Shown: in pieces, positions 22,901 through 34,900 of the stretch
Numbering within the stretch: the first letter of the stretch is position 1
Layout of the letters: every line of letters begins with the position of its first letter
Origin: Chiloscyllium plagiosum
Lineage: Eukaryota
DNA: 36,629 nt
Direction of reading: 5' to 3'
Assembly (NCBI RefSeq): GCF_004010195.1
Contig: NC_057717.1
Coordinates: 102,686,358-102,722,986 of the forward strand
Program-made: the position numbers and the translations under genes
Notes under the pieces: model-generated
The model's database searches: none
The model's input: only the letters and a program-made list of their open reading frames with translations
What the model was told of the DNA's origin: nothing

Positions 22901-25900
22901 TTAGCACAGAAGGAGGCATTTCTGCCCATCACTTTGGTGCCTGCTCTTTGGTAGAGGCCTCCATTTGAAAGCAGATGCTTTTATGTCTGCGCTGGAATCG
23001 GGTTTTCAGACAAGCCTTGCGTTGCCAGGGGGTCGTTCGGTGAGGTTTAATTATACTTTCAGGAAGCATTAACACATGACTCAGGGCCAGACTTGGATCT
23101 GATTCCCTGTGCGGTCCATTCCTGCTGCATGAATCATACTGTCTTTGTGGAATATTATTCCCTTATCAGGAACGTTAACTTTTCTGGAATTTACAGGGAG
23201 CATTGGTGTCCAGTTGCTGTGGATGATTTCCTAGTGTTTGTAACTTTTTATCCCATTGGTAAACACTGTGCCATTTTGGCCTGGCTGATTCCAAGGAGGA
23301 ATTCAACCTCAGCTACAGTGTAACCCAGTTACAGACATGGTACATTTTTCTCACTCTTAAATTGCTGTCTGTTAACCCATTGAAATGAATGAGCTAGTGG
23401 ATGCTTTGGAGTAAGGTTGTAGTGTAAAGATACCCAATGTGTGCTCAACAATGGGCAACTAACTGAGGCCAGAACATTGGAACTACAAGGAGTTGGGGAA
23501 TGTGTCAATATCTTGTAAAGTGGAACACGTTTCTTTAATTCATTGGATGAGAGCATCGCTGCTTAGGACAGCATTTATTACCCAAAGGGGCAGTTAAGAG
23601 TCAACCACATTGCTATGGGTCTGGAGTCACGTGTAGGCTAGACCAGGTAAGGATGGCAGCTTCCATCCCTAAAGAGTGGGCTTTTCCCCTGACAGTCAGG
23701 AATGGATTCCTGATCGTCATCAGACTCTTAGTTCCAAACTTCCACTTAACCGTGGTAGGGGATTTGAACTCAGATCCCCGGAACATTATCTGGGTTGCTG
23801 GATTAATAGTCCAGCAATAATGCCACTAGGCCATCGCCTCCTTGCTCGGGGATGGCTGGATTTTTGACAAAGATGTACGCAAAACACATCGAGGGCCATT
23901 GAACCGATCTGAGGGAAGTAGCTTGGACTGTGGGAGGAAACCGGAGCACCCAGAGGAAACCCACGCACACAGGGGGAGAATGTGCAAACTCCACACAGAG
24001 TCACCTAAGAGTGGAGTCAAAACTGGGTCCCTGGTGCAGTGAGGCAGCAGAGCTAACCACTGAGCCACCGAGCACTGAAGGCCGGGAGATGTTGTTACTC
24101 CAGTAACTAGTTGACATGGTGGCATTGTGGTCATGTGATGGGACCCATCGTCCTGAGGCAGGACTGATGCTTTCAGGGTGTAGGAGCGGGAACGTAGTTT
24201 CAAATCTCACCAGGGCAGCTGATGGAACTGAAAGTACGCTGCATAAAATCTGGGATCAGAAGCTAGTCTGGGAGTCGGTGACGGAGAAAATCTGCTGTCC
24301 CTTTCCTACATGTGACTCCAGACCTGCTCAGCATTCCAGCCAGCTTTTAACTGCTCTCTGAAATGGCTGGGTGAGTTTGAGGGCAATTAGGGAGGGCATC
24401 AGAACACAGATTACATGGCCAGCAACACCCAGGTCCCATGAAAAATTAATTTGTCTCCTTTTTGATTACAGACCATGCAAGAGGAACTCATTGAAGAATC
24501 TGAAGGTCCCTTTACAAGCGAGTATGGAATCGGACATTATGGTACAGATATCAACGATTACTTCGATGGAGACTATGATGACCGGTGGAATGAGAGATAT
24601 GGACCAGCTGTACGAGTTGATATACAAGATACCCTGGTAAACCAAATATTCTCGTCCTTTAAAATTATTTATTTCAGTTAGTAGTTTAGATGCATTATAT
24701 TTTGATTATTCCTGAACAACGCTACAATGCAGTCAAAGCTTTTTGTCCGTCACCCACCAGGACAGATGCAAGAATTCCAAATTTTAAAGGAAACAACCAT
24801 TTTTGAGTATATTTATGCTTATGCAAATTTGTTTAAACCATTTGGTTGACAAAATGTCCCTCATTGATCAAGGCATTATATCGGAGAATGCCTCAGATGA
24901 GCTAAAGATTTCCACTCTGATGATTAATTTAAAATTGATACACTGTCCCACAGAGGACAGATGCCCTTCTAATAAGCATAGATGAGCCACACTTCAAACC
25001 CAAGTGTTTATCTTAAATCGGCTGTTAAGTGTAAATCTTAGCACATTTAGGATTGTTGACCAAACGATGTCCAAGGCTGGCCCATCTCCTGTTCTTTGCC
25101 ACTGTTAAACTGCTAGTCGGAAGCATTGAGGGGGGGAATGCCATAACAAGGCATTTGTAGTCATAGGATCAGCAGGTCTAATTGGGTAGATATCTAGGAG
25201 AAAGTGGGGACTGCAGATGCTGGAGATCAGAGTCGAGAGTGTGGTGCTGGAAAAGCACAGCAGGTTAGGCAGCATCTGAGAAACAGGAGAGTCAATGTTT
25301 TGGGTTCCTGATGAAGGGCTTATGCTCAAAATGTCGATTCTCCTGCTTCTTGGATGCTGCCTGACCTGCTGTGCTTTTCCGACACCACATTCTCAACTAG
25401 GTAGATACCTGGAGGAGTCATCATGTGATGTCAAGTTCTGAACAAGAGTCAGTCTGGGTTCAGAGGACAACACCTCCAGGAACAGGCCCTTCAAGCAAGC
25501 TCAAAATATTCTCTCTGTTCCTCTCTCCACACATGCTGGGTTTCCTGCAGCATTCTTTATCATTATGTGAGGATCTAGCCCTGACAGAATCATAGAATCC
25601 CTACTGTGTGGGAGATGGCCATTTGGCCCATCCAGTCCACACCAGCCTTCTAAATAGCATCCCACTCAGACCTGTAACCCTGCATTTCCCATGTCCTAGC
25701 CAGCACATCCCTGGACATTGCAGGGAAACAGCATGGCCAATCCACCCTAACTTGCACATCATTGGACTGTGGGAGGAGACCCATGCAGACATAAGGGATA
25801 ATGTACAAACTCCACACAGACAGTCACCCAAGGTCAGGATCGAACCCAGGTCCTTGGTGTTGTGAGGCTGCAGTGCTAACCACCGAGCCACCGTGCCAAC

Positions 25901-28900
25901 AGGTTTGGAAGGCAGCCTGCATTTAAACAAAGTGACATTTCACATTTGGATGAATGCCCAGCAGTTGTGAATGTCCTGGAGCGTACCAGTGACTCTGTGT
26001 GCTCCCCCTGTCGGGTCATCCGTGTCTAGAAACCCTGTTTTTGAAATCAACAGTATGCATTGAACCAAATTAATAAGGGGTGGGTGGAGCTGTGACAAAA
26101 CTCCACCCTTAAAACAAACTTAAAAACTAGATTAAGATTTGATTGTGAGAGGTGAAAATGCAGTTCCAGCTCCTGCAGGAAAAATGAAATGCATTCATTT
26201 AGCATCAGGTAAGCCAACTTGGAGATGATGTTAAAAATCACACATCACTCGGTTATAGTCCAACAGGTTTATTTGGAAACACTGACTTTCGGAGCATTGC
26301 TCCACCATCGGGTTGTGTGATTTTTAACATTGTCCACCCCAGTGCAAGTCCAAGTCATGGAGGTGATGTGTAACAGTACAATTGGGAGAAATCAAATTGC
26401 TGTGGCAACATTCACTTTTACGTGCATAGAGTCATAGAGGTTTACAGCATGGAAACAGGCGCTTCGGCCCATCTTGTCCATGCCACCCAGTCTTCACAAT
26501 TAATCTAACCCCATTTGCCTGCGTTCAGTCCATATCCCTCCATACCCATCCCTTCCATGTACCCGACTAAATGTTTCCTAAATGATAAAGTTGAACTCCC
26601 TTCCGTACCTCTTGCAGTCTGGAACTATGGAGGGTGACGGTAGAGGCTCCCATGGTCTGTTCATCACAGAGCTCACCAGGGGTCTCTCTCGTTCTAACTG
26701 CCTATCATTGGCGTTTCTTTGAGCACATTATGGATGCAGCCTGTTCAGCCACTGGGTCCAAGAGTGAGTCTCGAACGTAGAGGTTCCAGCTCAGAGGCAG
26801 GAGTCATCTTGCTGCCCCACTGTAGCTTTTTTCTTTCAGAAATTTTTGAACCAACCTGTTTTGAGATTTTATTACACAGCTGTGGAGCAGATGGGACTTG
26901 AACCCTGACTCAGCCGCTACCGCAAGAGCCCCAGCAGTTTCTGTTCATGTGTGTATAAGGTACTTCATCAGTGAATACCTCCACCTGTTTTGTCCTTAGC
27001 CTTAACAGTACAATCGATAAAACGTTAACGGGAAATAACGCAGGGCTGTCGTGTGTTAGTGCAATGTATGGTACATGGTGACATGTTTTGAAGGAAGTTC
27101 ATTTTACTGTGACTGGTGCTGTTCTCTGGCCCTCATTCTAGGGTGTTGTATTATTTCTAGACGCCGAGCCTGAAAGGAGAGAAGGGGGAGAAGGGAGCGC
27201 CTGCAGTCATTGAGCCTGTGAGTATGCGGTTCTGGTCCACGGTCCCTCCTTCGACACTGTGCTGTTAGGCCCCTCATCTCTGCCTGGCAGTGTTACCCCG
27301 TCCTGCCCTGGGTATCTCTCGCTCTATCTGAATCCGAAACCATAAACATTAGTCGCCTATTCAATCGCGTAGGGCATTGCATTCCCTGCCCGATCCTGGT
27401 CTCAGGGCATTCCTGCGCGTGGACAGTCTCGGTAAGATCTATCGGACTGCCACCAGGGTAGGGGAGATGAACACTGGCCAATTGCTTTCTCTCCCCACCA
27501 CTGCCCCCCATTACTAGCTGTAGGTAAAGTAAGGAGTGAATTTGGGTCATTGTCTCTCTGTTATATACAGTGTATTCCTTCACTCAGGGGGAGAAAGGAA
27601 AGATTCTTTTCGGAAATCATCTCACTGCCCCCACTCCTTCCCCACCGGGCTTGTCCCATTCAACAGGGCCATGGCTGATCCATTATCCAAACATCATTTT
27701 CTCACAGCATTCCCTGGTGTCTTTGTCTTCAACATTCTCAGCGACTGAGCTCCCTCTGCAGTAAAGAATTCCAAAGGTTCACTCCCCTCTGAGTAAAGAA
27801 ATATCTCCTCATCTCAGTATATCTCCTCCCGCTGTCAATGACCTGCTCTGATTCTGAGACTGCTCCCCCATGCCCTTCCTGCACCTACTATTACAGCCCT
27901 GTATGAACTGTATATGTTTCAGTCAGGTCCACCCCCCTCGTTCTTCTAAACTCCGAGGATACAGGGCCAGTCTCTTACACACGCACGAGCACACACATAC
28001 ATGCACACACACATGACACATACACACATGTATGTACACATACACACAAATATATGCGCACACATGTGTACAGGCACACACATGCATATGTACACACACG
28101 CATACATACACACGTACATTCACATGTTCACACACACAAATGTATGCACACAGATGTACACACAGACACATACATGCACACATAGACACATGCATACATA
28201 CACACATGTATGTACACACACACACACCAGGCACACACACGTGTACACACACAAATATATGCACAGTATACACACACATGCACAGACACACATATGCATA
28301 AACACATACACATACATACACATGTGTATGTACACACACACCAGACACACACACACAAATATATGCACACACTTACGTGCACACAGAGACACACACATAC
28401 ATACACACATGTATGTCCACACATACACACACACACAAATGTATGCACGCACATGCATATATGCATACACAGGAGAAAGTGAGGTCTGCAGATGCTGGAG
28501 ATCAAAGTTGAAACTTTATTGCTGGAACAGCACAGCAGGTCAGGCAGCATCCAGGGAACAGGAGATTCAACGTTTCGGGCTCATTCCTGAAGAAGGGCCT
28601 GTGCCCGAAACGTCAAATCTCCTGTTCCCTGGATGCTGCCTGACCTGCTGTGCTGTTCCAGCAATAAAGTTTCAACTATATGCATACACACACACACGTG
28701 TATATCACCTTATAGATTGGTACTACTCAAACCAACAGCGATTAAGTCCTTACATTTACATTTTTGTGTTTTGTTTGAAGGGAATGTTGCTGCCTGGACC
28801 TGCAGGACCCCAGGGACCTCAGGTAAGTGTTTGTTTATAAAAAACAAGCTTCTTTTTCACATTTTAAAGTAAATTGGTGACTGACCCCCCTTCCCCCCCC

Positions 28901-31900
28901 AGAGCCATTCCATTGGAAGACTGGCTGCAGTCTGGGATCACACAACTCAGGGTCTGACATAAACCCACATCAGTCTAGCCTCACATACATATACAGCAAT
29001 GAAAGAGGCCATTCAGCCCATGTCAGTGTTGTCTAACAAAGATCTGACTACACTCACCCCATTTCCCAGCTTTTACGCAGCTACAGCAAGGTAAGTGAGT
29101 GCATAAAGAAAGGATCCCCTCTCAACCCTCACTGCTTCAAGGAAGGTAGCCATGGCCTTTCCTATCAGCCCTCCTAGCTCAGACCCTGTAGCTTTCTGGT
29201 CTAGGCTGTTATTAGATTTCCAACTCATTTAACTCACTATGCTCAGCATCGAGAAGGTCCAGATGAGGGGCACAACTCCAGCCCACCTTATAACCATTAA
29301 ATTGTTCTCCGTACTTGATTGTGGGAACAGTTTCTCACTACATGCTCTGCCCAGACACCTTGTGATGTTGGAAATCTCTGTCGTGTAGTGGTTAAAACAC
29401 TCACCTCACAAGCGGAACGGCACGGTGGCACAGTGGTTAGCACTGCTGCCTCACAGCGCCAGAGACCTGGGTTCAATTCCCGCCTCAGACGACTGACTGT
29501 GTGGAATTTGCACATTCTCCCCGTGTCTGCGTGGGTTTCCTCCGGGTGCTCCGGTTTCCTCACACAGTCCAAAAATGTGCAGGTTAGGTGAATTGGCCAT
29601 GCTAAATTGCCCGTAGTGTTAGGCGAAGGGGTAAATGTAGGGGAATGAGTGTGGGTGGGTTGCGGGTCGGTGTGGACTTGTTGGGCTGAAAGGCCTGTTT
29701 CCACACTGTAAGTAATCTAATCCCTGATTCGAAAGTGGGCAGAAATAGTGACACGCCCTCATTATCGGGGAGTGAACTGAACATAGCTTGTCATTAACTA
29801 TTCAAAATGACGACTGCTGAAGCTTTTTGCTGTATTGATTGCTGTAAAATGCAAGTGACAATAAGTAAGTCATTCATTCGTTTGCTCGAATCCCCTTCTC
29901 AACCTTCTCCAGAAGGAAAACAGCCCCAAACTCTCCAATCTGTCCACACAACTGAGGTCAATATTTGTTCCCTAGCCATAGTGCTCACTGGCCAGACCAA
30001 TATCTATCAGCCATTTCTGTTTGTGTTGTTTTTACATCAGGCAGGCGTTTGGTTTTTATTCCCCGGGAATGAGCATCACTGGCCGGGTCAGCATTTATTG
30101 TTCATCCCAAATTGCCCCTGAGAATTTTCTGGAGAGTTCAGAATCCTAGAGTATTACGGCTCATTGTGTCTGCGCTGGTTATCTAAAAACTATCCTCACT
30201 AGCCCTGTTTTCTCCAACTTTACCCAAAACCTTGTACATTATGCATTTCAACTGATCCCCTAAATACTTCTGAAAGGGTTGTGATTGTTCTCACATCTAT
30301 CACCTTTTCAGGTAGTGAGTTCCAGATTCCCAGCCCCTTCAGGGTGAGAGAATGCTTTCCTCAGTCCCCTCTGCTCCTTTCAATTGTACCCCCTGGTTAT
30401 TAACCCCGCTACTCGGTGGAGAGGTTTCTTCCTATCTGGAATCCCTACAGTGTGGGAGCAGGCTATTCAGCCCATCAAATCCACACCGACCCTCTGTAGA
30501 GCATCCCACACTAACTCAGTCCCCTACGCTAACCATACATTTCCTTAGGCTGGACATTATGGGCAATTTCCCATGGCCAGTCCACCTAATCTGCACCTCT
30601 GGGAGGAAACCAGAGCAAACCCACACAGACACAGGGCAAACTCCACATAGACAGTCGCCCGAGGCTGGAATCGAACCCAGGTCCCTGGCGCTGTGTGGCA
30701 GCATCGCTGACCACTGAGCCACCGTGTTGCTCATGTCTATGCCTCTCACAACCCTGTGCATCTCAATCAGGACCTCCCTCAGCCTTCTCTGTTCAAGGAA
30801 GACCCACCCCAGCCTACCCAGTCCCTCTTTGCTTGGTGGATCTGGGGCTGAATGGCCTCCTCCTCTCTTCAGAGCTGAACGGCTCCAGCCCAGGTATTTT
30901 AACATCGCCTGGAATATTCCCTGTCCCTCATGATGACTTTCCCTGCTCCACATACTGGGGCTTTGCTGCCTCTGAGATATCGATCCGGACTGATGTACAT
31001 GTGTCTGGAGTCAAACATTGACTTCTGAGTGGGTGCTCAACGATGAGATATAAATCAAAGGAGCAAGAGGGAAATTAGAAAGAAATTGCAGCCAGTTTCT
31101 TTGCAGCAGATCACAGCAAGCCCCATTATTTTTGGTTTCACTCACGATGGGTCTCGCTGTTTGTTTGACTGGGACTGGGAAGGGGCTCAGCTTTCCCAGT
31201 GTCGTCAGGACATTTACACTGTTTTGGCTTTTAGAGAAGGCCTAATCAAACAGAAACCCTCCTGGATACATTTCGCTTTCGCTTTGAAATGTGCCGACAT
31301 AACTAAATCAGTTATGTCCCAAAGTCTGAACCCTGTTTGCCTGAATTCAGATTTGTTCCCTCGCGCTCCCGATGAGGACGGGGAAAGCTGGTGCATTGAT
31401 GTAACGCCTGTCACATCCTGAAGGCGCTTTGTTGCCCCCGGGGCTGCTTTCCATTGCATTGCAGCAGGAAATGCAGTATCCAGTTTGCACCCCGGCAAAC
31501 CCAAGCAGACAGCGCTGATAGACGGAGTGACAGTGATTGAGGGGTAAACATTGATAAAGATACGGGGGTGAGGTTGTTATTGTGCGGTAGGATCCAGCAG
31601 GGATATCCGAGGCTGAGTGGAAGGAGGCCGCAGAGGATGGTTCTATTGGTAATTGGATGCAAATTTGATTGTGTGTTTGGGAAATGAGTAGGCCCGTGTT
31701 GATGGTGCATTAGTTGGGATAGAATTCTGACTGGAAGTGTATCTGGACTCTGGACTCAACAGTTTTGTCTCTGGTGTTTTGACCAAGTCCTCCATAGAAC
31801 TGTGAAGCTGGATCATTTTCTTTTGCCTGAGAGTCTTGTCCTTCATTGCTGGAAGGATTGTGTTTAAAAGCAGGGAGGTTATGTTGCAGCTGTACAAGGT

Positions 31901-34900
31901 GCTGGTGAGGCCACACCTGGAGTACTATGTGCAGTTTTGGTCTCCTTACTTAAGAAAGGATGGACTGACACTGGAGGAGGTGCAGAGGAGGTTCACCAGG
32001 TTGGTTCCAGAGTTGAGGGGGTTGGCTTATGAGGAGAGACTGAGTACACAGGGATTATATTCATTGGAATTTAGAAGAATGAGCAGGGTATCTTATAGAA
32101 ATATATAAAATTATGAAGGGAATAGATGAGGTAGAAGTAGAGAGGATGTTTCCACTGGCAGGTGAAACTAGGACAAGGGGGCACAGCCTCAAAATTAAGG
32201 GGAGTGGATTTAGGACTGAATCGAGAAGGAACTTCTTCCCCCAGGGGGTTGTGAATCTATGGAGTTCCCTGCCCAGTGAAGCAGTTGAGGCTTCCTCAGT
32301 AAACGTATTTAAAGCGAAGACGGATCATTTTTTGAACAGTAAAGGAATTAAGGGTTATGGTGAGCGGACGGGAAAGTGGAGCTGAGGCCATGAAAAGATC
32401 AGCCGTGATCTTATTGAAAGGCAGAGCAGGCTCAAAGGGCCAGACGGCCTACTCCTGCTCCCGGTTGTTATGTTCCGATGTGGGATTCATTGTCCCACGC
32501 ACCTTCAACAGTGTAGCACTCCCTCAGTACTGTCCTGGTAGTGTCGGCCAACACTTTGTGCTTGATACCTTCAAGTAATTTCTGAACTCTCAGCCTGAAG
32601 ACTCGGGGAGTTGTAGTGACACTGCAGGGGGAAGAGATCACCACCCCCTGAACCACGGGTTTGGGTCCCATGCCAGGGCTTGTGCCAGTAGTGTAACCAG
32701 ACGGGGGCACAACGCTGACAAACTGTTGCATTGTTGGACGAGCCATTGATCTGAGACCCCGCTCTGCCTGCTCTGGTAAACCCTCTTGCATCTCGTGATG
32801 TAAAGAGCCAACATCCTCTTGGCTGATGGTTGGGCCACTATTCCTCTCACTCAACACCAGTAAAAGAGAACAAATTAAACACTCTTTCGTATCTTGTGAA
32901 ACATTTCGTGCGGAAACTAGCTGCTGTTTTGTTGAGACAGCAACAGCCAAGATCTCTTGTTTGGAGAGACCCTGGAACTGTCTGCCTGTCATTCCAGAAA
33001 GAATGCAAATCCTTCTATCAGGTTAGAGCGAGCTGTAGGAGAGGCTTATTTTATAGAGCTTGTTTCTTATTGAAAAGCTGAGCTAGCTGTAATCGTCAGT
33101 TTGAAAGTTTAATATGAGGTGGTTTGCACTGAATGGAAACATGCAGAGCTGAAGGCACTGAGCTACCTGGGGACCCTGGCTGGATATGGTCACAGTAATG
33201 AGCTGGGATGTGAAGGGTGAATGCAGATCAGATATTGCAGTGTCGATTGTCCAGACGCAGTCGGGATTATCAGTGGCAATGTCTTATGGTCCCCTTATGT
33301 CACAGAGTTCTTGTCCTCCCAGTCCGGAGGAGGTAACAATGGCTTCTGATTGTGGACTTACAGACAGAGAGACTCGGTGTGAGGGAGCACAGGCCACTTT
33401 AAGAAGCCTCTTTCCCCGACATGGAGTTCCCATAGCGAGCAGATGTGCAGGACCCCGTTTTCTGATTTGTGATCGGGTTGTGAGCAGTGCTGTCAGGGCC
33501 AGTACCTTATTCAACCCTCACTAAAGCCCCAGCAAGAGGGTTCGAACCCCCTTTCATATACCTGCAGCTGGGGAGCAGGCACATGCAAGCTGCGACCCAG
33601 TCACAGTGAAGAGTTGAGGGAGATTCTGGGGTCCTCTGGACGTACGTTAAATTGGAGCTGTTGTTAGGCCATTCGGTCCATCGGGCCTGCAGGACCATTC
33701 ATAGGCACAGAAAGTAGGAGCAGGAGTAGGCCATTCGGCCCTTTGAGACTGTTCCACCATTCGGTATGATTATGGTTGACCATTCAACCCCATTCCCATT
33801 TTGGCCCCATTCCCTTTGATCCTTTTCCTCCAAAGAGCTATATCAAACTCCTCCTTGAAACGATTCAATGTTTTGGCTTAACCACCTTCTCTGACAGAGA
33901 ATTCCACAGGCTCCCCCACTCTCTGGTTGAAGACATTTCTCCTCAGCCCAGTCAAAAATGGCCTACCCCATGTATTTAGTCTGTGACTCCTGGTTCTGGA
34001 CTCCCTTGGTCATCAGGAATGCCCTTCATTCGTTTACCCCATCTAGCCATCTTATAGTTTATAGGTTCCTATACCGTATTGGACTTTGCCTCCACTTTCT
34101 TAACCATTTCCCTATATGCCTCTAGATCCACAGAGTCCAAAGCTTGTCTATCCCTGCCTGAAAAGTGTGGAAGCTCAGTGTTTTGGGCTGGAGACTTCCA
34201 AAGATTCATGACCCTTTGATTGAAGTAATTCCTTGCCAGCTCAGTCTGAAATGCTCACGCCTTCACCAATCTCACTGTAGACCCTTCCCAAGTTCCTTCT
34301 GAGACTGGAATGGGACCTCTCATACTTCCAAACCCCAGAGAACACAGACAGTTACTCTGCTGAATTTATTCTCTGGTGGCGTGTGTGTGTGTGTGTGTGT
34401 ATGTGGACCCCCAAGGCCAGTGTGTGGCTGTGAAACCAGACGTCAATGCGCCCCACACCGATTAGCTTATGCCTAACCTCTGAGCATCGAGGGAGCACAG
34501 ATTTGGAGCCCGTTTATTCAGAGACCCCTTGTTAGAGGCCACTCCCATCATCCCAGTGGCGAACCCAAGTCAACCATCCTTGCAACATCTCCAAACCTAG
34601 TACATCCTCCCTTAAATATAGAAACCAAGACGGGGGTCCACAGAATTCTAGACATAGTCTCGCTCAATGCAGCTTTGATGCCCTTTCCATGACTTTGCCA
34701 CCCAGTGTGTCTTTGTGATGGGCATGAGGCATTGATAAAGGGGATCTTGGAGCATGCACACACACAGACACACATGCACACACATATGCAGACATAAACA
34801 CAGATGCACACACACCAACATAGATACACATGCACAGACACACGCACACACAGACACATACAAAGGTACACACACAGGCACACACACACACAGACACATA

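Noticed and set aside
24730..24765. Possible decayed minus-strand hammerhead (gtc-ctggtgg..aaaaagcttt-gac), and a similar trace near 14470-14510
   Set aside because: Several core nucleotides are changed, so it is too degenerate to call without a model search.
27131..27160. Alternative acceptor cattctag at 27140-27141
   Set aside because: It lies 19 nt upstream of the acceptor used and would shift the frame; 27161 gives the conserved 57-nt exon.
31836..32385. Two ORFs with reverse-transcriptase C-terminal similarity as a domesticated gene
   Set aside because: It is a 5'-truncated, frameshifted CR1 copy with its own 3' UTR, an ordinary dead LINE.
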